From Nemertoderma westbladi (lineage: Eukaryota; Animalia; Xenacoelomorpha): a stretch of 64,000 nt of DNA. The position numbers were made by a program, and so were the translations under genes. The notes under the pieces are model-generated. The model did not search any database and had not been told where the DNA came from. It worked only from the letters and a program-made list of their open reading frames with translations. Within the stretch, counting starts at the first letter, position 1, and each line of letters starts with the position of its first letter. The DNA is taken from NCBI GenBank assembly GCA_032718475.1, contig JAUCBJ010003608.1, forward strand, positions 1 to 64,000, read 5' to 3'. Of this stretch, positions 41,196-56,044 are shown piece by piece.

Positions 41196-41228
41196 CGTTC
41201 ACCTAAACTCACTTAACTACTTTCTTAC

Positions 41229-41391
41229 CTTTGATGATTTCAATTTAGCGATGCATTTATAACAATACCAAACGAAGCGCGGGTCTGATACATCTTTGTC
41301 TGCGATCTCTGGCTGGTGGCACTTCTGGTGGTACAGTCTGTGGCAGTCCTGGCACTCAACTATACGTCGCCCAACTCTCTGGTCCAATGAT
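41229..41391 (-). CDS. INTS12: INTS12 PHD-finger exon
   Basis: ttttccag|A TCA...AAG|gtaaga. (G)SLDQRVGRRIVECQDCHRLYHQKCHQPEIADKDVSDPRFVWYCYKC matches the INTS12 PHD signature ECxxCHxLYHxxCHxP...DPRxVWYCxxC. Confidence 0.9.
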
Positions 41392-41782
41392 CTGGAAAAA
41401 AAACCCAAAATATATAAAACAAGAAAAACTCGCCTGTAAAACACAAATAAATACAATAAAAATTTTCGACAATTTATTATCTAAATCTATTCAGTCAGTA
41501 TTGTGAATGTTTACCGTCCGTACCAATATATAGTTTAAAGATTAAGCCTCTCCATAACTCCTGTAGAACAATGACATTATATTATGCATAACTTTATATA
41601 TATACCAATGACGTGACTTTTTGCAACAGTTGAGATTTTAGAATTCAATATGCGTCAGATGAGATTGCAGTGCTGTGAGTGTTGCTACAGTGGATGGATG
41701 GATACGGCAGGATACGGCATGTTCTACGTTCCTTTTACCGAATTTAGACAATTTTTTTCATATAACATAATAATTGGCTTAC

Positions 41783-41916
41783 CCGCACACTACACACGTG
41801 AGTGACGTCACCATTTCATCCAAACTCGATGGAGTGGCTGGAATATCCTCATCTGATTCGATGTAGCTCCCCCTAGCGGTGTCGTCCAACTCAATAATGT
41901 CGTCACTTTCCGAGTT
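41783..41916 (-). CDS. INTS12: INTS12 exon preceding the PHD exon (not in ORF track); upstream exons lie beyond the window
   Basis: ttattatag|AAC...TGC GG|gtaagc, 134 nt, phase 0 to 2. NSESDDIIELDD...EMVTSLTCVVCG supplies the first CxxC of the PHD finger and joins the next exon in frame. Confidence 0.85.
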
Positions 41917-42012
41917 CTATAATAACAATTTTTTATGAATTTATATAAAATCGAAAAATGAAAGGGGCTCATTAAAACACCAAAGAATAACCATAATATA
42001 ATCGGTCGGTAT

Positions 42013-45000
42013 AGTCGGTCTAATAGAACCCAATCGAACTAATAGAACCTAATCGAACTAATAGAACCCAATCTAACTAACCTGTATTTGTGTCTGTCGG
42101 TCTAATATAACCCAATCTAACTAATAGAACCCAATCTAACTAATAGAACCCAATCTAACTAATAGAACCCAATCTAACTAATAGAACCCAATCTAACTAA
42201 TAGAACCCAATCTAACTAATAGAACCCAATCTAACTAATAGAACCCAATCTAACTAACCTGTATTTGTGTCTATCGGTCTAATAGAACCCAATCTAACAA
42301 ATAGAACCCAAATCTAACTAATCTGTATTTGTGTCTGTCAGTCTAAGAGAACCCAATCTAACTACCCGGTATTTGTGTCTGTCGGTCTAATAGAACCCAA
42401 TCTAACTAATAGAAACCAATCTAACTAACCTGTATTTGTGTCTCTCTGTCTAATAGAACCCAATCTAACTAACCTGTATTTGTTTCTGTCTGTCGGTCTA
42501 ATAGAACCCAATCTAACTAATAAAATCCAATCTAACTACTAGAACCCAATCTAACTAATAGAACCCAATCTAAGTAATAGAACCCAATCTAACTAACCTG
42601 TATTTGTGTCTGTCGGTCTTATAGAACCCAATCTAACTAATAGAACCCAATCTAACTAATAGAACCCAATCTAATTAATAGAACCCAATCTAACTAACCT
42701 GTATTTGTGTCTGTCTGTCTAATATAACCCAATCTAACTAACATGTATTTGTGTCCGCCGGTCTAATAGAACCCAATCTAACTAATATAACCCAATCTAA
42801 CTAATAGAACCCAATCGAACTAACCTGTATTTGTGTCTGTATGTCTAATAGAACCCAATCTAACTAATAAAACCCAATCTAACTAACCTGTATTTGTGTC
42901 CGTCGGTCTAATAGAACCCAATCTAACTAACCTGTATAGTGTATTTGTTTCTGTCGGTCTAATAAAACCCAATCTAACTAACCTGTATTTGTGTCCGTTG
43001 GTCTAATAGAACCCAATCTAACTAATAGAACCCAATCAAACTAACCTGTATTTGTGTCTGTCGGTCTAATAGAACCCAATCTAACTAATAGAACCCAATC
43101 TAACTAATAGAACCCAATCAAACTAACTTGAATTTGTGTCTGTCTGTCGGTCTAATAGAACCCAATCTAACTAACCTGTATTTGTGTCTGTCGGTCTAAT
43201 AGAACCCAATCTAACTAATAGAACCAAATCTAACTAATAGAACCCCATCTAACTAATACAACCCAATCTAACTAATACAACCCAATCTAACTAATAGAAC
43301 CCAATCTAACTAATAGAACCCAATCTAACTAATAGAACCCAATCTAACTAATAAAACCCAATCTAACTAATAGAACCCAATCAAACTAACCTGTATTTGT
43401 GTCCGTCGGTCTAATATAACCCAATCTAACTAATAGAACCCAATCTAACTAATAGAACCCAATCTAACTAACCTGTATTTGTGTCTGTCGGTCTAATAGA
43501 ACCCAATCTAACTAATAGAACCCAATCTAACTAACCTGTATTTGTGTCTGTCGGTCTAATAGAACCCAATCTAACTAATAGAATCCAATCAAACTAATAG
43601 AACCCAATCTAACTAATAGAACCAAATCTAACTAATAGAACCCATTCTAACTAATAGAACCCAATCTAACTAATAGAACCCAATCTAACTAATATAACCC
43701 AATCTAACTAATACAACCCAATCTAACTAATATAACCCAATCTAACTAATAGAACCCAATCTAACTAATAGAACCCAATCTAACTAATAGAACCCAATCT
43801 AACTAATAGAACCCAATCTAACTAATAGAACCCAATCTAACTAATAGAACCCAATCTAACTAATAGAACCCAATCTAACTAATAAAACCCAATCTAACTA
43901 ATAGAACCCAATCAAACTAACCTGTATTTGTGTCTGTCGGTCTAATAGAACTCAATCTAACTAATAGAACCCAATCTAACTAACCTGTATTTGTGTCTGT
44001 CGGTCTAATAGTAATAGAACCCAATCTAACTAATAGAACCCAATCTAACTAACCTGTATTTGTGCTGTCGGTCTAATAGAACCCAATCTAACTAATAGAA
44101 CCCAATCAAACTAATATAACCCAATCTAACTAATAGAACCAAATCTAACTAATAGAACCCATTATAACTAATAGAACCCAATCTAACTAATAGAACCCAA
44201 TCTAACTAATAGAACCCAATCTAACTAATAGAACCCAATCTAACTAATAAAACCCAATCTAACTAATAGAACCCAATCAAACTAACCTGTATTTGTGTCT
44301 GTCGGTCTAATAGAACTCAATCTAACTAATAGAACCAAATCAAACTAATAGAACCCAATCTAACTAATAGAACCCAATCTAACTAATTGAACACATATCT
44401 AACTATCCTGTATTTGTGTCTGTCGGTCTAATAGAACCCAATCTAACTAATAGAACCCAATCTAACTAACCTGTATTTGTGTCTGTCGGTCTAATAGAAC
44501 CCAATCTAACTAATAGAACCCAATCAAACTAATAGAACCCAATCTAACTAATAGAACCAAATCTAACTAATAGAACCCATTCTAACTAATAGAACCCAAT
44601 CTAACTAATAGAACCCAATCTAACTAATAGAACCCAATCTAACTAATAGAACCCAATCTAACTAATAAAACCCAATCTAACTAATAGAACCCAATCAAAC
44701 TAACCTGTATTTGTGTCTGTCGGTCTAATAGAACTCAATCTAACTAATAGAACCCAATCTAACTAATAGAACCCAATCTAACTAACAGAACCCAATCTAA
44801 CTAATATAACCCAATCTAACTAATAGAACCCAATCTAACTAACCTGTATTTGTTTCTGTCGGTCTAATAGAACCCAATCTAACTAATAGAACCCAATCTA
44901 ACTAATAGAACCCAATCTAACTAATAGAACCCAATCTAACTGTGTCTGTCGGTCTAATATAACCCAATCTAACTAATAGAACCCAATCTAACTAACCTGT

Positions 45001-48000
45001 ATTTGTTTCTGTCGGTCCAATAGAACCCAAAGTAACTAATAGAACCCAATCTAACTAATAGAACCCAATCTAACTAATATAACCCAATCTAACTAATATA
45101 ACCCAATCTAACTAACCTGTATTTGTCTCTGTTGGTCTAATAGAACCCAATCTAACTAACCTGTATTTGTGTCTGTCAGTCTAATATAACCCAATCTAAC
45201 TAATAGAACCCAATCGAACTAACCTGTATTTGTTTCTGTCGGTCTATTAGAACCCAATCTAACTAACCTGTATTTGTCTCTGTTGGTCTAATAGAACCCA
45301 ATCTAACTAACCTGTATTTGTGTCTGTCGGTCTAATAGAACCCAATCTAACTAATAGAACCCAATCTAACTAATAGAACCCAATCTAACTAACCTGTATT
45401 TGTGTCTGTCGGTCTAATAGAACCCAATCTAACTAATAGAACCCAATCTAACTAACCTGTATTTGTGTCTGTCGGTCTAATAGAACCCAATCTAACTAAC
45501 CTGTATTTGTGTCTGTCGGTCTAATAGAACCCAATCTAACTAATAGAACCCAATCTAACTAATAGAACCCAATCAAACTAACCTGTATTTGTGTCTGTCG
45601 CTCTAATAGAACCCAATCTAACTAATAGAACCCAATCTAACTAATAGAACCCAATCTAACTAATAGAACCCAATCTAACTAATAGAACCCAATCTAACTA
45701 ATAGAACCCAATCTAACTAATAGAACCCAATCTAACTAATAGAACCCAATCTAACTAATAGAACCTAATCTAACTAATAGAACCCAATCTAACTAATAGA
45801 ACCTAATCTAACTAATAGAACCCAATCTAACTAATAGAACCCAATCTAACTAATAGAACCCAATCTAACTAATAGAACCCAATCTAACTAACCTGTATTT
45901 GTTTCTGTCGGTCTAATAGAACCCAATCTAACTAACCTGTATTTGTGTCTGTCGGTCTAATAGAACCCAATCTAACTAATAGAACCCAATCTAACTAATA
46001 GAACCCAATCTAACTAATAGAACCCAATCTAACTAACCTGTATTTGTGTCTATCGGTCTAATAGAACCCAATCTAACTAATAGAACCCAATCTAACTAAT
46101 AGAACCCAATCTAACTAATAGAACCCAATCTAACTAATAGAACCCAATCTAACTAATAGAACCCAATCTAACTAATAGAACCCAATCTAACTAATAGAAC
46201 CCAATCTAACTAATAGAACCCAATCTAACTAATATAACCCAATCTAACTAACCTGTATTTGTGTCTGTCGGTCTAATAGAACCCAATCTAACTAATAGAA
46301 CCCAATCTAACTAATAGAACCCAATCTAACTAATAGAACCCAATCTAACTAATAGAACCCAATCTAACTAATAGAACCCAATCTAACTAATAGAACCCAA
46401 TCTAACTAATAGAACCCAATCTAACTAATAGAACCCAATCTAACTAATAGAACCCAATCTAACTAATAGAACCCAATCTAACTAATAGAACCCAATCTAA
46501 CTAATAGAACCCAATCTAACTAATAGAACCCAATCTAACTAATAGAACCCAATCTAACTAATAGAACCCAATCTAACTAATAGAACCCAATCTAACTAAT
46601 AGAACCCAATCTAACTAATAGAACCCAATCTAACTCACCTGTATTTGTGTCTGTCGGTCTAATATAACCCAATCTAACTAATAGAACCCAATCTAACTCA
46701 CCTGTATTTGTGTCTGTCGGTCTAATATAACCCAATCTAACTAATAGAACCCAATCTAACTAATAGAACCCAATCTAACTAATAGAACCCAATCTAACTA
46801 ATAGAACCCAATCTAACTAATAGAACCCAATCTAACTAATAGAACCCAATCTAACTAATAGAACCCAATCTAACTCACCTGTATTTGTGTCTGTCGGTCT
46901 AATATAACCCAATCTAACTAATAGAACCCAATCTAACTAATAGAACCCAATCTAACTAATAGAACCCAATCTAACTAATAGAACCCAATCTAACTCACCT
47001 GTATTTGTGTCTGTCGGTCTAATATAACCCAATCTAACTAATAGAACCCAATCTAACTAATAGAACCCAATCTAACTAATAGAACCCAATCTAACTAATA
47101 GAACCCAATCTAACTAATAGAACCCAATCTAACTAATAGAACCCAATCTAACTAATAGAACCCAATCTAACTAATAGAACCCAATCTAACTAATAGAACC
47201 CAATCTAACTAATAGAACCCAATCTAACTAATAGAACCCAATCTAACTAATAGAACCCAATCTAACTAATAGAACCCAATCTAACTAATAGAACCCAATC
47301 TAACTAATAGAACCCAATCTAACTAATAGAACCCAATCTAACTAATAGAACCCAATCTAACTAATAGAACCCAATCTAACTAATAGAACCCAATCTAACT
47401 AATAGAACCCAATCTAACTAATAGAACCCAATCTAACTAATAGAACCCAATCTAACTAATAGAACCCAATCTAACTAATAGAACCCAATCTAACTAATAG
47501 AACCCAATCTAACTAATAGAACCCAATCTAACTAATAGAACCCAATCTAACTAATATAACCCAATCTAACTAACCTGTATTTGTGTCTGTCGGTCTAATA
47601 GAACCCAATCTAACTAATAGAACCCAATCTAACTAATAGAACCCAATCTAACTAATAGAACCCAATCTAACTAATAGAACCCAATCTAACTAATAGAACC
47701 CAATCTAACTAATAGAACCCAATCTAACTAATAGAACCCAATCTAACTAATAGAACCCAATCTAACTAATAGAACCCAATCTAACTAATAGAACCCAATC
47801 TAACTAATAGAACCCAATCTAACTAATAGAACCCAATCTAACTAATAGAACCCAATCTAACTAATATAACCCAATCTAACTAACCTGTATTTGTGTCTGT
47901 CGGTCTAATAGAACCCAATCTAACTAATAGAACCCAATCTAACTAATAGAACCCAATCTAACTAATAGAACCCAATCTAACTAATAGAACCCAATCTAAC

Positions 48001-51000
48001 TAATAGAACCCAATCTAACTAATAGAACCCAATCTAACTAATAGAACCCAATCTAACTAATAGAACCCAATCTAACTAATAGAACCCAATCTAACTAATA
48101 GAACCCAATCTAACTAATAGAACCCAATCTAACTAATAGAACCCAATCTAACTAATAGAACCCAATCTAACTAATAGAACCCAATCTAACTAATAGAACC
48201 CAATCTAACTAATAGAACCCAATCTAACTAATAGAACCCAATCTAACTAATAGAACCCAATCTAACTCACCTGTATTTGTGTCTGTCGGTCTAATATAAC
48301 CCAATCTAACTAATAGAACCCAATGTCTGTCGGTCTAATATAACCCAATCTAACTAATAGAACCCAATCTAACTCACCTGTATTTGTGTCTGTCGGTCTA
48401 ATATAACCCAATCTAACTAATAGAACCCAATCTAACTAATAGAACCCAATCTAACTAATAGAACCCAATCTAACTAATAGAACCCAATCTAACTAATAGA
48501 ACCCAATCTAACTAATAGAACCCAATCTAACTAATAGAACCCAATCTAACTCACCTGTATTTGTGTCTGTCGGTCTAATATAACCCAATCTAACTAATAG
48601 AACCCAATCTAACTAATAGAACCCAATCTAACTAATAGAACCCAATCTAACTAATAGAACCCAATCTAACTCACCTGTATTTGTGTCTGTCGGTCTAATA
48701 TAACCCAATCTAACTAATAGAACCCAATCTAACTAATAGAACCCAATCTAACTAATAGAACCCAATCTAACTAATAGAACCCAATCTAACTAATAGAACC
48801 CAATCTAACTAATAGAACCCAATCTAACTAATAGAACCCAATCTAACTAATAGAACCCAATCTAACTAATAGAACCCAATCTAACTAATAGAACCCAATC
48901 TAACTAATAGAACCCAATCTAACTAATAGAACCCAATCTAACTAATAGAACCCAATCTAACTAATAGAACCCAATCTAACTAATAGAACCCAATCTAACT
49001 AATAGAACCCAATCTAACTAATAGAACCCAATCTAACTAATAGAACCCAATCTAACTAATAGAACCCAATCTAACTAATAGAACCCAATCTAACTAATAG
49101 AACCCAATCTAACTAATAGAACCCAATCTAACTAATAGAACCCAATCTAACTAATAGAACCCAATCTAACTAATAGAACCCAATCTAACTAATATAACCC
49201 AATCTAACTAACCTGTATTTGTGTCTGTCGGTCTAATAGAACCCAATCTAACTAATAGAACCCAATCTAACTAATAGAACCCAATCTAACTAATAGAACC
49301 CAATCTAACTAATAGAACCCAATCTAACTAATAGAACCCAATCTAACTAATAGAACCCAATCTAACTAATAGAACCCAATCTAACTAATAGAACCCAATC
49401 TAACTAATAGAACCCAATCTAACTAATAGAACCCAATCTAACTAATAGAACCCAATCTAACTAATAGAACCCAATCTAACTAATAGAACCCAATCTAACT
49501 AATAGAACCCAATCTAACTAATAGAACCCAATCTAACTAATAGAACCCAATCTAACTAATAGAACCCAATCTAACTCACCTGTATTTGTGTCTGTCGGTC
49601 TAATATAACCCAATCTAACTAATAGAACCCAATTTAACTAACCTGTATTTGTGTCTGTCGGTCTAATAGAACCCAACCTAACTAATAGAACCCAATCTAA
49701 CTAATAGAACCCAATCTAACTAATAGAACCCAATCTAACTAATAGAACCCAATCTAACTAATAGAACCCAACCTAACTAATAGAACCCAATCTAACTAAT
49801 AGAACCCAATCTAACTAATAAAACCCAATCTAACTAATAGAACCAAATCTAACTAATAGAACCCAATCTAAATAATAAAACCCAATCTAACTAATAGAAC
49901 CAAATCTAACTAATAGAACCCAATCTAACTAATAGAACCCAATCTAACTAATAGAACCCAATCTAACTAATAAAACCCAATCTAACTAATAGAACCCAAT
50001 CTAACTAATAGAACCCAATCTAACTAATAGAACCCAATCTAACTAATAGAACCCAATCTAACTAATAGAACCCAATCTAACTAATAGAACCCAATCTAAC
50101 TAATAGAACCCAATCTAACTAATAGAACCCAACCTAACTAATAGAACCCAATCTAACTAATAGAACCCAATCTAACTAATAAAACCCAATCTAACTAATA
50201 GAACCAAATCTAACTAATAGAACCCAATCTAACTAATAGAACCCAATCTAACTAATAGAACCCAATCTAACTAATAGAACCCAATCTAACTAATAGAACC
50301 CAATCTAACTAATAGAACCCAATCTAACTAATAAAACCCAATCTAACTAATAGAACCCAATCTAACTAATAGAACCCAATCTAACTAATAGAACCCAATC
50401 TAACTAATAGAACCCAATCTAACTAATAGAACCCAATCTAACTAATAAAACCCAATCTAACTAATAGAACCCAATCTAACTAATAGAACCCAATCTAACT
50501 AATATAACCCAATCTAACTAACCTGTATTTGTGTCTGTCGGTCTAATAGAACCCAATCTAACTAATAGAACCCAATCTAACTAATAGAACCCAATCTAAC
50601 TAATAGAACCCAATCTAACTAATAGAACCCAATCTAACTAATAAAACCCAATCTAACTAATAGAACCAAATCTAACTAATAGAACCCAATCTAACTAATA
50701 GAACCCAATCTAACTAATAGAACCCAATCTAACTAATAGAACCCAATCTAACTAATAAAACCCAATCTAACTAATAGAACCCAATCTAACTAATAGAACC
50801 CAATCTAACTAATATAACCCAATCTAACTAACCTGTATTTGTGTCTGTCGGTCTAATAGAACCCAATCTAACTAATAGAACCCAATCTAACTAATAGAAC
50901 CCAATCTAACTAATAGAACCCAATCTAACTAATAGAACCCAATCTAACTAATAGAACCCAATCTAACTAATAGAACCCAATCTAACTAATAGAACCCAAT

Positions 51001-54000
51001 CTAACTAATAGAACCCAATCTAACTAATAGAACCCAATCTAACTAATAGAACCCAATCTAACTAATAGAACCCAATCTAACTAATAGAACCCAATCTAAC
51101 TAATAGAACCCAATCTAACTAATAGAACCCAATCTAACTAATAGAACCCAATCTAACTAATAGAACCCAATCTAACTCACCTGTATTTGTGTCTGTCGGT
51201 CTAATATAACCCAATCTAACTAATAGAACCCAATCTAACTAATAGAACCCAATTTAACTAACCTGTATTTGTGTCTGTCGGTCTAATAGAACCCAATCTA
51301 ACTAATAGAACCCAATCTAACTAATAGAACCCAATCTAACTAATAGAACCCAATCTAACTAATAGAACCCAATCTAACTAATAGAACCCAACCTAACTAA
51401 TAGAACCCAATCTAACTAATAGAACCCAATCTAACTAATAAAACCCAATCTAACTAATAGAACCAAATCTAACTAATAGAACCCAATCTAACTAATAAAA
51501 CCCAATCTAACTAATAGAACCAAATCTAACTAATAGAACCCAATCTAACTAATAGAACCCAATCTAACTAATAGAACCCAATCTAACTAATAAAACCCAA
51601 TCTAACTAATAGAACCCAATCTAACTAATAGAACCCAATCTAACTAATAGAACCCAATCTAACTAATAGAACCCAATCTAACTAATAGAACCCAATCTAA
51701 CTAATAGAACCCAATCTAACTAATAGAACCCAATCTAACTAATAGAACCCAATCTAACTAATAGAACCCAATCTAACTAATAGAACCCAACCTAACTAAT
51801 AGAACCCAATCTAACTAATAGAACCCAATCTAACTAATAAAACCCAATCTAACTAATAGAACCAAATCTAACTAATAGAACCCAATCTAACTAATAGAAC
51901 CCAATCTAACTAATAGAACCCAATCTAACTAATAGAACCCAATCTAACTAATAGAACCCAATCTAACTAATAGAACCCAATCTAACTAATAAAACCCAAT
52001 CTAACTAATAGAACCCAATCTAACTAATAGAACCCAATCTAACTAATAGAACCCAATCTAACTAATAGAACCCAATCTAACTAATAGAACCCAATCTAAC
52101 TAATAAAACCCAATCTAACTAATAGAACCCAATCTAACTAATAGAACCCAATCTAACTAATAGAACCCAATCTAACTAATAGAACCCAATCTAACTAATA
52201 GAACCCAATCTAACTAATAGAACCCAATCTAACTAATAGAACCCAATCTAACTAATAGAACCCAATCTAACTAATAGAACCCAATCTAACTAATAGAACC
52301 CAATCTAACTAATAGAACCCAATCTAACTAATAGAACCCAATCTAACTAATAGAACCCAACCTAACTAATAGAACCCAATCTAACTAATAGAACCCAATC
52401 TAACTAATAAAACCCAATCTAACTAATAGAACCAAATCTAACTAATAGAACCCAATCTAACTAATAAAACCCAATCTAACTAATAGAACCAAATCTAACT
52501 AATAGAACCCAATCTAACTAATAGAACCCAATCTAACTAATAGAACCCAATCTAACTAATAAAACCCAATCTAACTAATAGAACCCAATCTAACTAATAG
52601 AACCCAATCTAACTAATAGAACCCAATCTAACTAATAGAACCCAATCTAACTAATAGAACCCAATCTAACTAATAGAACCCAATCTAACTAATAGAACCC
52701 AATCTAACTAATAGAACCCAACCTAACTAATAGAACCCAATCTAACTAATAGAACCCAATCTAACTAATAAAACCCAATCTAACTAATAGAACCAAATCT
52801 AACTAATAGAACCCAATCTAACTAATAGAACCCAATCTAACTAATAGAACCCAATCTAACTAATAGAACCCAATCTAACTAATAGAACCCAATCTAACTA
52901 ATAGAACCCAATCTAACTAATAAAACCCAATCTAACTAATAGAACCCAATCTAACTAATAGAACCCAATCTAACTAATAGAACCCAATCTAACTAATAGA
53001 ACCCAATCTAACTAATAGAACCCAATCTAACTAATAAAACCCAATCTAACTAATAGAACCCAATCTAACTAATAGAACCCAATCTAACTAATATAACCCA
53101 ATCTAACTAACCTGTATTTGTGTCTGTCGGTCTAATAGAACCCAATCTAACTAATAGAACCCAATCTAACTAATAGAACCCAATCTAACTAATAGAACCC
53201 AATCTAACTAATAGAACCCAATCTAACTAATAGAACCCAATCTAACTAATAGAACCCAATCTAACTAATAGAACCCTATCTAACTAATAGAACCCAATCT
53301 AACTAATAGAACCCAATCTAACTAATAGAACCCAATCTAACTAATAGAACCCAATCTAACTAATAGAACCCAATCTAACTAATAAAACCCAATCTAACTA
53401 ATAGAACCCAATCTAACTAATAGAACCCAATCTAACTAATAGAACCCAATCTAACTAATAGAACCCAATCTAACTAATAGAACCCAATCTAACTAATAGA
53501 ACCCAATCTAACTAATAGAACCCAATCTAACTAATAGAACCCAATCTAACTAATATAACCCAATCTAACTAATAGAACCCAATCTAACTAATAGAACCCA
53601 ATCTAACTAATAGAACCCAATCTAACTAATAGAACCCAATCTAACTAATAGAACCCAATCTAACTAATAGAACCCAATCTAACTCACCTGTATTTGTGTC
53701 TGTCGGTCTAATATAACCCAATCTAACTAATAGAACCCAATCTAACTAATAGAACCCAATCTAACTAATAGAACCCAATCTAACTAATAGAACCCAATCT
53801 AACTAATAGAACCCAATCTAACTCACCTGTATTTGTGTCTGTCGGTCTAATATAACCCAATCTAACTAATAGAACCCAATCTAACTAATAGAACCCAATC
53901 TAACTAATAGAACCCAATCTAACTAATAGAACCCAATCTAACTAATAGAACCCAATCTAACTAATAGAACCCAATCTAACTAATAGAACCCAATCTAACT

Positions 54001-55661
54001 AATAGAACCCAATCTAACTAATAGAACCCAATCTAACTAATAGAACCCAATCTAACTAATAGAACCCAATCTAACTAATAGAACCCAATCTAACTAATAG
54101 AACCCAATCTAACTAATAGAACCCAATCTAACTAATAGAACCCAATCTAACTAATAGAACCCAATCTAACTAATAGAACCCAATCTAACTAATAGAACCC
54201 AATCTAACTAATAGAACCCAATCTAACTAATAGAACCCAATCTAACTAATATAACCCAATCTAACTAACCTGTATTTGTGTCTGTCGGTCTAATAGAACC
54301 CAATCTAACTAATAGAACCCAATCTAACTAATAGAACCCAATCTAACTAATAGAACCCAATCTAACTAATAGAACCCAATCTAACTAATAGAACCCAATC
54401 TAACTAATAGAACCCAATCTAACTAATAGAACCCAATCTAACTAATAGAACCCAATCTAACTAATAGAACCCAATCTAACTAATAGAACCCAATCTAACT
54501 AATAGAACCCAATCTAACTAATAGAACCCAATCTAACTAATAGAACCCAATCTAACTAATAGAACCCAATCTAACTAATAGAACCCAATCTAACTAATAG
54601 AACCAAATCTAACTAATAGAACCCAATCTAACTCACCTGTATTTGTGTCTGTCGGTCTAATATAACCCAATCTAACTAATAGAACCCAATCTAACTAATA
54701 GAACCCAATTTAACTAACCTGTATTTGTGTCTGTCGGTCTAATAGAACCCAATCTAACTAATAGAACCCAATCTAACTAATAGAACCCAATCTAACTAAT
54801 AGAACCCAATCTAACTAATAGAACCCAATCTAACTAATAGAACCCAACCTAACTAATAGAACCCAATCTAACTAATAGAACCCAATCTAACTAATAGAAC
54901 CCAACCTAACTAATAGAACCCAATCTAACTAATAGAACCCAATCTAACTAATAAAACCCAATCTAACTAATAGAACCAAATCTAACTAATAGAACCCAAT
55001 CTAACTAATAGAACCCAATCTAACTAATAGAACCCAATCTAACTAATAGAACCCAATCTAACTAATAGAACCCAATCTAACTAATAGAACCCAATCTAAC
55101 TAATAAAACCCAATCTAACTAATAGAACCCAATCTAACTAATAGAACCCAATCTAACTAATAGAACCCAATCTAACTAATAGAACCCAATCTAACTAATA
55201 GAACCCAATCTAACTAATAAAACCCAATCTAACTAATAGAACCCAATCTAACTAATAGAACCCAATCTAACTAATATAACCCAATCTAACTAACCTGTAT
55301 TTGTGTCTGTCGGTCTAATAGAACCCAATCTAACTAATAGAACCCAATCTAACTAATAGAACCCAATCTAACTAATAGAACCCAATCTAACTAATAGAAC
55401 CCAATCTAACTAATAGAACCCAATCTAACTAATAGAACCCAATCTAACTAATAGAACCCAATCTAACTAATAGAACCCAATCTAACTAATAGAACCCAAT
55501 CTAACTAATAGAACCCAATCTAACTAATAGAACCCAATCTAACTCACCTGTATTTGTGTCTGTCGGTCTAATATAACCCAATATAACTAATAGAACCCAA
55601 TCTAACTAATAGAACCCAATTTAACTAACCTGTATTTGTGTCTGTCGGTCTAATAGAACCC
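42013..55661. repeat. 19-bp satellite with interspersed 25-bp unit, intronic in INTS12 (left block)
   Basis: Unit aatagaacccaatctaact; interspersed (a/c)acctgtatttgtgtctgtcggtct. Confidence 0.98.
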
Positions 55662-55864
55662 TGTAACATAACTTCCAATGTATCGGTATATATTTGAGGA
55701 TATCAAATACTGATATATAACATAACACATAAAGGCCGGCAAACCACAAACCGGTACAATATACCTAAATGTACTAGGCCTACTGCTAACTACGAAAGTA
55801 GGTAAATCCTAGGCCTATGTGTTATATCCAATATGTCAGACACATGACTGACCCATATCACACA
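55662..55864 (-). repeat. 3' LTR
   Basis: tgtaacataac...catatcacaca, identical by eye to 61109-61311. Polypurine tract gggaagggggaa (minus) at 55865-55876. Confidence 0.95.
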
Positions 55865-56044
55865 TTCCCCCTTCCCTGTTGGGAGAGTTGTCCGGGAAGA
55901 TAGATGGTGTCATGCTTGGCATTATGTATATATCACTTGGGACCTAGAGGAGTCTATTGGTGGGGCATGCAATATAATAGTTTGTGGAGTCCTCAGTTTT
56001 ATATAAGTCCTTATCAAAGTCATGTATACAAGTCCTTATCAAAC

